Position numbers and translations under genes: made by a program. A DNA stretch of 63,506 bases, filler included, from Octopus bimaculoides (lineage: Eukaryota), in the NCBI RefSeq assembly GCF_001194135.2. It is 4 parts of 4 records of this genome, joined end to end, with 100 filler letters (N's around TTAATTAATTAA, not from the genome) between each part and the next. Parts side by side here need not be neighbours in the genome. Positions count along the whole stretch, not along the records: positions 1 to 21,300 come from NC_068985.1; positions 21,401 to 46,861 come from NC_069003.1; 2 more parts are not named here. One strand, written 5' to 3'. Under the pieces are notes generated by a model. It was given only the letters and a program-made list of their open reading frames with translations, made no database searches and was not told the origin of the DNA. Positions 12,214-25,054 of the stretch are shown here, piece after piece; position 1 is the stretch's first letter, and every line of letters starts with the position of its first letter.

Positions 12214-12813
12214 GTAATTAACCCTATCACAAATTAATGCGTTTAGGACAGCAATATTTCCTAACATAGAACTTTTTCAGAATCAAGTTGTGCTTGAGTT
12301 TAGGATTTATCATTCTGAAAACCTTAGTGTTCGTGTTAAGGAGGCGCAATGGCCCAGTGGTTACATACAACAATAGCTTGCATACAATAATTTATCCATG
12401 AAAATAGTGTTCTGTACTAACTTCTGCGCAGGTAGATATTTTCCTTATCTATGAACTTAGAACTTAGACCACACTCATTCGGCTTCCCTTGGCTGACGTG
12501 GCATATTCCATGTTGTCCTTTTCCATTAATTCCTTTCGGTGTCGTCTCACTTCAATTTTGACTACATTTATTTCTAGCAGACACTGCCGCTTATTGCATA
12601 TGTGTGTGTGTGTGTATGTGCATATATAGGCAAACGCATGAACAAAAAACAACAAAAGTCAACAAGACGTACAGTGTGAATATATTAAATTAACACACAG
12701 TGGAAGTTTTAGATGGAGAAATAGTAAACATGACCTTTCTAATATGGCTCTTCGTCAAATAGATGACAAAGTCCAGAAAAGAGGAAAAGGAGAACGAAGC
12801 AGATAGTCAGGAA

Positions 12814-12847
<34 letters not shown>

Positions 12848-13149
12848 NNNNNNNNNNNNNNNNNNNNNNNNNNNNNNNNNNNNNNNNNNNNNNNNNNNNN
12901 NNNNNNNNNNNNNNNNNNNNNNNNNNNNNNNNNNNNNNNNNNNNNNNNNNNNNNNNNNNNNNNNNNNNNNNNNNNNNNNNNNNNNNNNNNNNNNNNNNNN
13001 NNNNNNNNNNNNNNNNNNNNNNNNNNNNNNNNNNNNNNNNNNNNNNNNNGTGTGTGTGTGTGTGTATGTGGCTCTGTGTGTGTGTGTGTGTGTGTGTGTG
13101 TTCGTTTATTCTTTTATATGTTTCACCCCTGTTTCTGAATTTGTGTTTC

Positions 13150-14838
13150 AAGGGCCACAAGACACACGCCCAAGAGGGAGGTGCAGCCATCGGTGTCAGT
13201 AACGCTGGTGGTGTGGCAAACATATTTACGGTATGGTAGGATAGGAAACCCAAAGATAAATTAGCAAAGACCTCCATAACCCTAACCGCGTACTCCCGGT
13301 ATGTGGATGATATCAACATAGTAGCCAAAGCACCGCTACAAGACAATGTTGATGATCTAGGTGTTAACACTGTAGAGAGCATCCACATATAGCTAACTCC
13401 ATCCATCAGAGTATTAAACTAACAATAGACTACCCTAACAAGCACCCGAGTTATAGGCTACCGGTTTTAGATACGGAAATCTGGCTGGAAAACAAGAATA
13501 GTAAGGTTCAGATCTTTCACTCCTATTATGCTAAACCTATGGCCTCTAAATACCTGGTCCACAAGAACGCAGCTATTGCGGACAACGCTAAGTTCAATAT
13601 TCTTATAGCAGACTTGGCACGAGTGATGAGGAATGTGTCTCGCATGCGTGACCCTATAGAATTGGAAAGACACATACAAAGACACATACTTCTTCCATAG
13701 CATGCAGTTCTTTGGTTACAACCAAAGGGGCAGGATTAGAGTGTACAAAGCCATCATAGAAAGTGATGCAAAAGAGATCTGGCTGCTATACAAGGTAAAT
13801 CATGGAAGAACATAGAAAAGACCAGAAAAAAGATAGATAAGGCCAATTCATGGTATGACAACAAAAAATATGAGTGTCATGTTCGTTGATGCTATCTCTG
13901 AAGGTTGTCAGAAAAGTATTAGATAAGGTTAGTTTACGGATTAAAGTAGTAGAAAGGCTTGGACCCCAGCCCCATAAAATCCCTGATGTGTAAAACTTAT
14001 TCCTTCGGTAGGTCCCCTTGTACGGATAACAATGATATAGTATGTACGATGAACCCACAGGTTAACTGTAAGGTTAGGAATATAGTGTATAGCTTACAGT
14101 GTAGTGAGGGACGTTGCAGAAACATGACAACTAGTTACATTGAAGAGGCAGGACGCAGCATAGGGGAGCGTATAGGTGAACACTGGCGGGAGCTCAAAGA
14201 AGAGAACGGCGTATCATTGCTCTACCATGCTCAAGCTGAACATAGAGGCTCGGTTAATAGTATAGAGGTTAAGGTATTATCAACGAATAGAACTGACGCG
14301 ACACTTAGACAGATCACAGCGGCTACACACATAACAATAGACAGACCAACCCTCAACAGAAAACACGAATGAAACAATAACACCCACCACCACACCACAC
14401 AACATGACGATTACAGACAGAAGGGAGGCGAAAACAGATACAAACAGTCTAATATACACACAATAGATAAATATGCACATATCTATGGTAAGTATAAGAA
14501 ATAGAGATGAAAAAAACGTATAAAAGGAACGGATATAAACAACATAGTAAGCGAACCCATACATACACACAAATACACATACAGTAACTTCACAAACGGC
14601 CGCAACAGCATCAACAAGGTGACCAACAACGACAACAACAGCGGCAACAACAGCAACAACTACCACGATGGCAGTAGCGTGGACGAACACACTAACACAG
14701 AGAAATACAGGAACGGTACCAAAAGTCGGGGTCAAGGGCAGCAGCAGCGGAAACTGGGAAGGGAATGGGGATGAGGAGAGGGTCATAATGCTGCTAAGAA
14801 CAACGACACACACACATACTAACACACACACACACACA

Positions 14839-14896
<58 letters not shown>

Positions 14897-15030
14897 TACA
14901 GATGCAAACGCATGCACATGTAAGGATACAGATCATAGAAGAACAGAATAGACTGACCGAAGCAGGAGCACACAAGAGGACGGAAAGTGTCACTGAAGAG
15001 ATCACAGATGTGTGACGAAATATTTCCGGA
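13150..15030 (+). mobile_element. Penelope-like element family A, 5'-truncated: RT motifs 4-7, GIY-YIG endonuclease, 3' tail
   Basis: QEGGAAIGVSNAGGVANIF...RYVDDINI...DYPNKHPSYRLPVLDTEIW...YAKPMASKY. ORF 13959-14372 gives VNCKVRNIVYSLQC...YIEEAGRSIGERIGEH (GIY-YIG). Frameshifted. Confidence 0.9.
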
Positions 15031-15099
15031 CAATAGACATGAGTTAGAATAAAAACAATAATAAATGAGTGAAGAACGAAAATGTGTGTGTGTTTATTT

Positions 15100-17111
15100 G
15101 GCAAAGAAAGTGACCGTCCCGAAATACGACAATATATATGTATGTGTGTTTGCGTGTGCGTGTATGTATGTATAAGTGTATATATATATACACACACACA
15201 CACTTAATGCCTACGAAACCTACCTCCACGTCATCGGATAAAATTACCAACGAGGACATCCTTAAGAAATTAAAAGAAATTGACACAAATTTAGTCACTT
15301 TAACCAACAAAATCGATGGACTATACCACCAAACCCGGGAAGGCTTAGAAAATTTTGAAAAAAAGCAATCTACAGAGAAGGTCAGTGAAAATCTAAGTGA
15401 ACTATGCACTACATTAAACAATTTGTTTACTAACTTTTCCATAAAAGATACACAGCAAAAATCACCCACCCTAAATGAAAACACACCAATTTCAGCACAC
15501 CTTGTTAAAAACCGCATTCGTCACACTTGGTCCAAAAACCTCAACACCAGAAAACTCTCATTCTGGAACATGCTAAAAATAACAATAAGGCACAAATATA
15601 TGAACAATAGATCAACTCCACACCGTTAATCTTACCACGAAAACTCCAAATCACACTCATCCCAGACGAACCAGAACAACAACGAATGCTCAGAGAGAAA
15701 CTAGCACTAGAAAAAATAAGAACAAAAATTGAATTACTTAAACTCAGGGCTAAGAATCATGAACAAAAATATAAAACGATCGATGACGAGATGAACACAG
15801 AATTCACGATACATGCCAATGAACAACTTCTACAAAATGTTATTAAACTATGGAAAGGTGACTGTGAATCGGAAGAAATTATTTCACTACCACGATGGGA
15901 AAACAATATCAATTTTTTCCTCAACTACGAATCTCAATTCAAAAAAGACATCTCAGACAACCCGTTTTTAAAAAAAATCGAAAACAGATACATCCACAGG
16001 AATCAATAATCGTACACCCAGATCAAACTTCCAACGCAGACACACAAAACTACCCCACCACTGGGAAGTCAACAAGCACCAACCTTACAATAGGAACCCT
16101 CCATTAATAGGAAATACCAATAAGAACCACCCAATAATAGGAAACACCAGTAAGAAACACCTCGGAGTAGGAAAATAATAATTATTATTATTAGTATCTC
16201 AATTCTTTCCCTCCCACAGCTAGAAATAGACGGGGGATCCTACCTACTCCTCAACATAGGAATTCAACTTTCGGAACTACAATTCCCTCACCCAAACAAA
16301 GAGAACAACTTCACAGCACCCCATACAGGACAAAACACCCCTACAACTCATTCCAACATAAACACCCACACCACATAATCGCAACCAATTCACCTACACA
16401 ACAATACTCCCTCAATAGCAACCCTAACACTGAGAACCCCCTCCAATCTAATTACAACAAACAACGGATTTTAGACAGAGTAGAGAGACACAGGGACACG
16501 CGTTGGAACATATCTTACGAGAGAAACCCAAAATAATCAATTTATCTAAGAAAACTCTCTCCACAACAAAAATCCATATTTTAGCTAAAGGTTTAAAGTT
16601 TACACCCACTCCACGTAGACCCAACGCCAATGAATTTAAAGATAATATTGCAGAATTCTGTAGAAAACTTCGATTGACAGAAGCATTAACCAACTGCAAC
16701 AACGATGACGAATCACTTGTGAGAAACAAAAGTATTTACCTACTACCCAAAGGAAGGAATAAAACACTAGACGACTTCTGCAACCGTATCCAGAATTTTC
16801 CTCACACTATCTATAAATCAAAAAATGTACCTAACTTCAACAACATACAATGGAAGCAACTACTACAGCTAAAAAACGACAAAGACCTGACAATCAAAGT
16901 AGACAAAGGTAGTGCTGTAGTAGTGATGGACACAGAATACTATAAATCCCTAGCATTATCCATACTAGAAAATAACTCCTTTTATGAAAAAGTTGCATAT
17001 TATAGGCAGCAAAAAAACTTCAAAAGATCTTGCAACTCTAATACTGAGACATGGAAAAGGCCTGACAGAAAAAGAAAAAGACTACATCACAAACTTCAAA
17101 TGCAAACCAAG

Positions 17112-17112
<1 letters not shown>
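15100..17112 (+). mobile_element. Penelope-like element family B, 5' portion (N-terminal region to start of RT), decayed
   Basis: Chained ORFs 15138, 15686, 16503, 16984. KIINLSKKTLS...ILAKGLKFTPTP...LTIK.DKGSAVVVMDTEYY are typical PLE pre-RT motifs. Ends in (TA)n at about 17113. Confidence 0.85.
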
Positions 17113-17158
<46 letters not shown>

Positions 17159-18339
17159 CTATGTATGTTTGTATATATGTGTGTATGTAATTATATAGAC
17201 ATATATATAAATTGATTGATTCATTGATAGACAGATAGATAGTGAGAAAAGGGGGCAGAAGGAGGAAGAGCGCCTATTTTAAATATTTTATTCATTGCTC
17301 AGACATGAAGTGAAGTTTCAGATCAGATTTCGAATTCATGTAAAAGTTTTATTAAATTTTACGTGTTGTTCATCTAGAAGCGTTCAGAAACGTTATGCTC
17401 ACAATATATAACGTTTTGACTCAACAGAAAGGTTATATATGATAACAACTATAAGAAATGGGGCGTTGTGGTGAATGATGTCAGGTCTAGCTGAAGTGAT
17501 ACTTAGTCAAATATGAATTAAAAAATGGTGGCTGGTTTGTTTTCATGAGAGATCTTTATCTCTCTTCTATCTTGTTGTATTGCTTAATAAATAATTCGCG
17601 TTTGTATTTGGCTTGCACGATTTTTGATCTGGACTCGTTCGTTAAAACGCCTTCAGAGACAGAAGCAGACCTTTGAGCATGTCATTAATGAGGTTGCGAA
17701 TGGTGAAGAAAGGACCAACTTAAACCTAGCTGATTTATTAACTGACCGAACAATCAATCAAACTATTGATTAGTTAATTCGTTAAATAAGTAACCAATTT
17801 AAAAATAAGTTGTAAAATAGAATGAGTGTGTTTTCTTAATATTGTCATAATGCCCCTCACGAGATACAAATGATAAATGATATATTTGGATAAACTAGTT
17901 ACCGCTATCAGAGTAAAAAGATACTTCACCGGTGAAATATGTAACATCTTTATTGTAAGGAAACACATACTACTGTTTGCTGATCCATTGAGATTGAATA
18001 TACTTCTATCTCTCTTCTGATCTTTCAACTTCTTTATAAACTCCATATAAATACAGGAGTCTTAGAAATTCCCATCCAAAGAGAATCGATAACCAAGAGC
18101 AAGGCGTATCTAATTTTTCCATATAACTTTACGTAACTATACAACCACGTCGTTATTATATCACAGGTAAACATTTACGTCTGTCATCACTATAGTTCAA
18201 TGATTTTAACTACTTTGACAGATCATACACTTATTCTCCGCGCCAGAAAACCCTATTAGAATTATTTCTAATTTAACTATCTTTAATAAATTACTGAATT
18301 GACTTTTCTTTTTTTTTTTTTTCATGATTTTCTTTCAAG

Positions 18340-18493
18340 ATCCAGTGTACCGAACGCATAGGCTCATTATTTCATTTTCAGAAGGAACAGAAGGAACTCT
18401 GAATGTTACAATGAATGGCGTAAAAGCGATTTTAGCAATGAGTTCCATGCCTAATCGCATAACAGAAGCACTTTGTAAGACAAAAGGTTTTAG
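18340..18493 (+). CDS. Gene 1 exon, first half of a divergent SRCR domain 4
   Basis: Phase 1 to 2 with strong donor TTAG|gtaagc. Reads (N)PVYRTHRLIISFSEGTEGTLNVTMNGVKAILAMSSMPNRITEALCKTKGF, with SRCR-like EG.L.V..NG and ALC...GF. The exact acceptor is ambiguous (18340, 18346 or 18382, all in frame). Confidence 0.7.
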
Positions 18494-18514
18494 GTAAGCA
18501 ATATCTATTGTGTT

Positions 18515-18580
18515 TAAGGAGGCGAGCTGGCAGAAACGTTAGCACGCTGGACGAAACGCTTTGCGGTATTTCGTCTGTCT
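18515..18580 (+). mobile_element. 5' part of an S1 SINE, interrupted by the Tx1-like element
   Basis: aaggaggcgagctggcagaaacgttagcacgctggacgaaacgctttgcggtatttcgtctgtct, then departs from consensus. Confidence 0.75.
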
Positions 18581-20930
18581 CTTTTGTTTCTTACGTGTCG
18601 CACATGTGTTCATGGTGAAAATTGCTGTTTCTTAGTGTTATTATTCATAATAACTGTTGTTTCTAATAACTGCTGTTTTTGTTAAATTGTTGAATTTCGT
18701 AACTGTTGGAGTTTTCATTTGAAAACACTAAGTGCTTGTAGAAATCACGCGTTGTTCATTCCCCTGTTGGGGGGAAGAATGTCGTATAGCGAGAGGCCTA
18801 CCGTTGGAACAGAAATGTTTGTTTTTCTTGTTGAAGCGAAGAATTGCATGTTGTCTGGCGAAGAGCCAACTACGGGCAAAGAAATAATGGATTCTCCCGA
18901 AAATGGAATTTTTGATTCCCCCGTTGCAAAAAAGAATAACAAAATCTATGAATTATTTGGAGATGTGTCTGAAAGCTCATCAGAACTTTCACTAGAAAAA
19001 TACCCGACTTGGCCAAAAGACGAAAGTATTGTGTCCAAAAGAATAATTGATGCACCTAGCATCCAAATTGAACAACCAAAAAAAGAAAAAACAGTTTTGC
19101 GTTGGCAGCTGGGGGTGGAACCCGGCTGCTTTTGACGAATAAGTGTGATTTTATGAAATACAGTGAAATGATGCAAATAAACGATAACGTGGTTAAAAAT
19201 ACAACCACCGGAGAAATTACTACTAGAAGAAAAACAGAAAACAATAATATTTAAAGCTTACTGTTTGCAAAAAAGAAAACTTGAGAGAATTACAGAAAAG
19301 AAAATAGAGAAGTGCCTGAAGCCAATCTGGAGCGACGTAGTTTATCTGACAAGAGACACGAAGTTTGGTACGGTGGAAGTAAGGTTTACCAACAAAGAAA
19401 TTGCACAAAAACATTCAGTAGAAACGCTGAAAACGGACGACGTGGCGCTCATCCCACCTATATGGGGATGAGAACGTCCAGAATTAAAATCACAAGGGTC
19501 CCACCGGAAGTGGATCCTATGTGGTTGGTGGCGGCAGTCCTAATCAAACAGGAAGAGAAATTTACCCCCCTCCAGGCTGCCGCTACCGAAAACGCTAACT
19601 GCACTGGTCAAACAGTTAGTCTCCTCATCCAGGCTGACCCTAAAATAATTGAAGCGACTCCCGAGACAATTGAGATAGGGGAGGAGACCCTTATGGTGTT
19701 TGTTGAAGACCGAAAACCCCGATGTTTTTTGTGCGACCATTTAGGGCACATTCGAAGGAACTGCAAGGAAAATGAGGAAGAAGAAGAAGAAGAAGAAGAA
19801 GAAGAAGAAGAAGAAGAAGAAGAAGAAGAAGAAGAAGAAGAAGATGATGAAAAAGATGATAAGAAAACAACAAACGAAAGTAAAATACAATCAGCAACTC
19901 AACCGAGAACGGCGACTACTACAGAACAACGACCAAAACAAATGCCAGAAGGGAAAGAGGAAAAAGGCATAATAGCCGTATACACTAAAGATACTGAGCT
20001 AATGAGAGACATTGAATTAATTTACACTGAAAAAAAATAGATAACGTTTCGGAGAAATATAACAACTATGACGTGTATGAAGTCTCAAATAAGACACAGA
20101 ATTTTACAAAACAAATTGTAAGACAGTATCATCAATGAGATTGGACATTAATAAGTCTATATTTCATGGATTACCAGCCCCGATCCCACGAGAAAAGGAA
20201 AAGGTGGAGACCCCCCCTCCACCTGATAATTCTGTGTCGGTAATGAGACGGAATTTTAACAAATCTATTTTCCAAGACCTGCCACCTCTGACCCTGTATC
20301 AAGGAAAGGTGAAGAGTCCCTCTCCACCGAACAGCCCTGATTAACAGGTAAGTCATGTCTGTTCACATTGGTTGTATAAATGTTCGTGGCCTGATGTCTA
20401 GCTGGAAGCAAGGACGCTTCCTAAATGACATCAGGTCAAGAAAATTGGAAGGCATGAGGACAGAGACATTCTTCTTTGGTTGAGCTCTCGTTGACTTCTT
20501 CAAGTTTCACCTGAATAAGAAATTGAGAGTGGAGAAGGAAATGCTGTCCTCGATTAAGTTTATCGAAAGGTGAGTAAAATTTGTGAAAATGATGAGAGTG
20601 GATGGTACCTCTCTATGTGTAGACTTATGAGTCTGATAGAAGGAATTGGAAAGAAAACTTGCTCTTGCGATTTCAGAGAAATCTCGGATAAGTGGGATTC
20701 CTCGATTATCCTTAGAGGCTTTCCTGTATCAGGAGGGCGACATCTCTATCATCCTCCCCCACCACTTTTTTCTAACCTTTGTATGCTATGCATATGTTCC
20801 ATCTTTTTCAGCGTATACTGTGTATACTTTACATGAATTTTTTATCATTTCATTATCTGTAAACCCCACACATTATGTCAGTCTTTGTATTTTCCTCCTC
20901 ATCTTTCGCCCTTGTGGCAAATAAATGAAA
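18581..20930 (+). mobile_element. Tx1/L1-clade non-LTR element with disrupted ORF1 and internally deleted ORF2
   Basis: ORF1 about 18779-20344 (frameshifts and stops) with CCHC knuckle CFLCDHLGHIRRNC and in-frame (GAA)n. ORF2 remnant 20355-20630 joins an APE N-terminus MSVHIGCINVRGL to a Tx1-like C-terminus FFKFHLNKKLRVE. AATAAA at 20920. Confidence 0.8.
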
Positions 20931-20951
20931 TTATTATTATTATTATTATTG

Positions 20952-21300
20952 TCCAGTAGTTTTATTTTTATAACGTGCTTTCACTTCACTACCGAGCGCA
21001 GCTCTGTGCGCCTTGGGTATGTGCTGTGGTTTGCTGTGGTGCTCTTATGGTTACTGTATTGAAAGTGTTTTGCGTAGGATGTGTGCAGTGCCCAGTAGTG
21101 CAATTTTCTGTATGTTATATATATTTGTAAGTCCTGGTGTTTTTGTTATGTATTTGTCTGAATATTTTTTTATTATACCTAAGGCACCTACTATGATAGG
21201 AATTGTTTCTGATTTTAGATTCCACATTCGAGTTACCTCTATTTCCAGGTCTTTGTATTTTGAAAGTTTTTCCATTTCTTTTAGAGAAACGTTGTCATCT
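20952..21300 (-). mobile_element. R4/Dong-clade LINE 3' end (restriction-like endonuclease C-terminus)
   Basis: EKLSKYKDLEIEVTRMWNLKSETIPIIVGALG...LLGTAHILRKTL, then a 3' UTR ending in a (TAA)n tract at about 20930-20951. Confidence 0.8.
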
Positions 21301-21400
21301 NNNNNNNNNNNNNNNNNNNNNNNNNNNNNNNNNNNNNNNNNNNNTTAATTAATTAANNNNNNNNNNNNNNNNNNNNNNNNNNNNNNNNNNNNNNNNNNNN
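21301..21400. other. Artificial scaffold-join spacer (44N + TTAATTAATTAA + 44N)
   Basis: Identical 100-bp construct at 21301, 46862 and 61625. The 12-mer places stop codons in all six frames. Confidence 0.93.
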
Positions 21401-21434
<34 letters not shown>

Positions 21435-21757
21435 CATACACACATACACACTCTTGCCAACATCAGGTTGGATGAGTCGTCTGGCATTGTGTTCTGTCCT
21501 GTGAGAAGTTGTAATTGTTAATTTTTGTCTTTACTCACCTGGAGGAAACAGTTTCCCTTTTTCGTATGATGTAACACTTTTGATGTAAAGCTTTGTATAC
21601 GCTTTGTTGTGTTTATTAATAAAGCATATTACTCTACCTCGGGTATTCGAGTACTATTTTCCCACCTTGTGGAATATATAAATACACACACACACACACG
21701 CACATACACACATATACATGCGTACAGTTATACATATATATATATATATATATATAT

Positions 21758-22304
21758 GTATACATGTCTCTTAAAGGATAGAGCTCAAAATCAATGCATT
21801 GAAGATACTTTATTGCAGCAACAATTATAATAACAGAAACAACCACAATAAGCCAAACCTATGCACATTTCAATAGGGTATCCCGGAAAAATAAACCACA
21901 TCATAAGATGTCTCGTAAAATATTGTAACAAATGACAACATATTACAAATTTCTGGATACTCCATCTCATCAGGGTCGCATTATTGCCATCACCAATACT
22001 ATTGCCATCACCAATACTATTATTAGCAAAACACACACATCATCTGTGTTTTGCTAATAATAGTATTGGTGATGGCAATAATGCGACCCTGATGAGATGG
22101 AGTATCCAGAAATTTGTAATATGTTGTAATTTGTTACAATATTTTACGAGACATCTTATGATGTGGTTTATTTATCCGGGATACCCTATTGAAATGTGCA
22201 TAGGTTTGGCTTATTGTGGTTGTTTCTGTTATTATAATTGTTGCTGCAATAAAGTATCTTCAATGCATTGATTTTGAGCTCTATCCTTTAAGAGACATGT
22301 ATAC
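21758..22304. repeat. Near-perfect ~260-bp inverted repeat with 9-nt loop
   Basis: Arms 21758-22035 and 22045-22304 differ by two substitutions that I could see and an 18-bp tandem duplication in the left arm. Confidence 0.92.
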
Positions 22305-24307
22305 ATATATATATACAAAAACTCAACTGTGAGTTTTTGGCTAAGACTGTTAACAGATACTATATATTTTGTAAAATTTGTTTTATAAAAGTATATATTT
22401 AATANNNNNNNNNNNNNNNNNNNNNNNNNNNNNNNNNNNNNNNNNNNNNNNNNNNNNNNNNNNNNNNNNNNNNNNNNNNNNNNNNNNNNNNNNNNNNNNN
22501 NNNNNNNNNNNNNNNNNNNNNNNNNNNNNNNNNNNNNNNNNNNNNNNNNNNNNNNNNNNNNNNNNNNNNNNNNNNNNNNNNNNNNNNNNNNNNNNNNNNN
22601 NNNNNNNNNNNNNNNNNNNNNNNNNNNNNNNNNNNNNNNNNNNNNNNNNNNNNNNNNNNNNNNNNNNNNNNNNNNNNNNNNNNNNNNNNNNNNNNNNNNN
22701 NNNNNNNNNNNNNNNNNNNNNNNNNNNNNNNNNNNNNNNNNNNNNNNNNNNNNNNNNNNNNNNNNNNNNNNNNNNNNNNNNNNNNNNNNNNNNNNNNNNN
22801 NNNNNNNNNNNNNNNNNNNNNNNNNNNNNNNNNNNNNNNNNNNNNNNNNNNNNNNNNNNNNNNNNNNNNNNNNNNNNNNNNNNNNNNNNNNNNNNNNNNN
22901 NNNNNNNNNNNNNNNNNNNNNNNNNNNNNNNNNNNNNNNNNNNNNNNNNNNNNNNNNNNNNNNNNNNNNNNNNNNNNNNNNNNNNNNNNNNNNNNNNNNN
23001 NNNNNNNNNNNNNNNNNNNNNNNNNNNNNNNNNNNNNNNNNNNNNNNNNNNNNNNNNNNNNNNNNNNNNNNNNNNNNNNNNNNNNNNNNNNNNNNNNNNN
23101 NNNNNNNNNNNNNNNNNNNNNNNNNNNTTTTTTTTTTGTCTGAGTTTGTCCCTCAAACTATGCGATCACGTTGTACACATTTTATTTTTATCTAATAGTA
23201 GTCGAAAATTTGAAATAATTATCCTTCGAAGTCCCGTACTTCATAGGAAGAAAAAGAAAAGGGCATTTGTTTCCCCCCTTAATTTAAAAATATTTCCGTG
23301 TTTCATACAACCAACAGATTTACGTTTCTTATAGAGGGCGCACGAGAGAAAAAAAAAATGTTATTAAAACCACCTTGTTTTACTCAGCAATTGACATATT
23401 TATAGTCATGAAATTGTGTTCAGTGATGCGTGACGAAGGTCCTGTACTGACTTGGAAATACCTCTTTAGTAAATTGCTTTGCTAGTGTTGCTTACTGCTG
23501 TTCTCGAGTTTCTTTAACGACATAGCCAAGCTATGGACGTCACGTTATCTTACACCCTTTCAGCACAAACGCTCATGTGTTTTGCGCCCAGGTAACCGCC
23601 CACAACCACTACCACCACCATCACAATCATTACTACCACCACTGCCATCATCAACATCATTTTGACCACTGACCAACGCCACAGCCACCACCACCATCAC
23701 CATCATCACCAATAATGTCACATCATTACCACCACTTTCGGTTTACCCTTATTTCTAGCATTTCAAGCGACCACATGGAATTTCCTTAAATTTCCTCTTC
23801 AAGTGAGCCTGTTGATCGACTTTCGACTTACATGCAGGGAAGGGCATGAATACCACCACACCTGTGTATCATTAGACGTGATCAGTGTTTAATCATACAT
23901 GCACTAAATGTGTGTGTATGTGTCAATGTGTGTGTGTGTGTTTGTGTTTGCTTGCTGTTGATTATGCTCAAGTCAACCGTGATACAGTAGTCCTATAACT
24001 GAAAGACATTCCAAACTTGACCATCCTATCAATTCAGAGCTACGTAGAACTACATTCATTAATATATCCTTCATTTTTCTAAAGTTGGGAGTGCTATTTT
24101 GCTGTTATTTCTATTAACATGGAAGTCCGTAGTATGTGGGTGTACGTGTGTGTGTGTGTTTGTGTCTCTGTATGTATGTATGTATGTATGTATGTGTGTG
24201 TATGTGTGTGTATCTGTGTACATATGTGTGCATAAGTCATATGTCCTATGCACACATGCACACTCATACACACAAAATCATACACATATACATACACACG
24301 TATATAA

Positions 24308-24340
<33 letters not shown>

Positions 24341-24417
24341 TGTATATAAATTAATAAAGTGGCTAGTCGCAGTTTAAAACCTCTATCTCTCTCTTTCTCT
24401 GTGTGTGTATGTGTGTG

Positions 24418-24464
<47 letters not shown>

Positions 24465-25018
24465 GNNNNNNNNNNNNNNNNNNNNNNNNNNNNNNNNNNN
24501 NNNNNNNNNNNNNNNNNNNNNNNNNNNNNNNNNNNNNNNNNNNNNNNNNNNNNNNNNNNNNNNNNNNNNNNNNNNNNNNNNNNNNNNNNNNNNNNNNNNN
24601 NNNNNNNNNNNNNNNNNNNNNNNNNNNNNNNNNNNNNNNNNNNNNNNNNNNNNNNNNNNNNNNNNNNNNNNNNNNNNNNNNNNTATGTATATATACGGTG
24701 GTGCACCAGCATGACCGCAGCCACTTGGCTAAAACACATAAATAAATAAATATATATACATACATACATACATACATACATACATACATACATACAAGCC
24801 TGAATATGAATGTGAATATAACTAGACACACCTGTACACATATAAACATATTCATATACACTCCTGAAAACCTGTATACTTTATTACACACCTAAAATGA
24901 CAAACATACATTCCTGAGTAACTATCATTATTGTTATTGTTGTGTCCATTAATTCATTGGTAGTTCGATGTGTGTGTGCGTGCTGGTATGTATGTGTTTG
25001 TAGCTGTGTGCTGGTATT

Positions 25019-25054
<36 letters not shown>

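Noticed and set aside
14993-15024. CTGAAGA-GA-TCACA gatg TGTGA-C-GAAA-TAT-T at the 3' end of PLE family A
   Set aside because: No stem I pairing and a bulged stem II. A plausible decayed HHR but not supportable.
21345-21356. TTAATTAATTAA palindrome repeated three times in the window
   Set aside because: Always centred in exactly 44N+44N, so it is an assembly spacer and not biological.
22066-22100. CTGATGA...GAAA within the palindrome arm
   Set aside because: Two extra bases before stem II, and no stem I or III partner.
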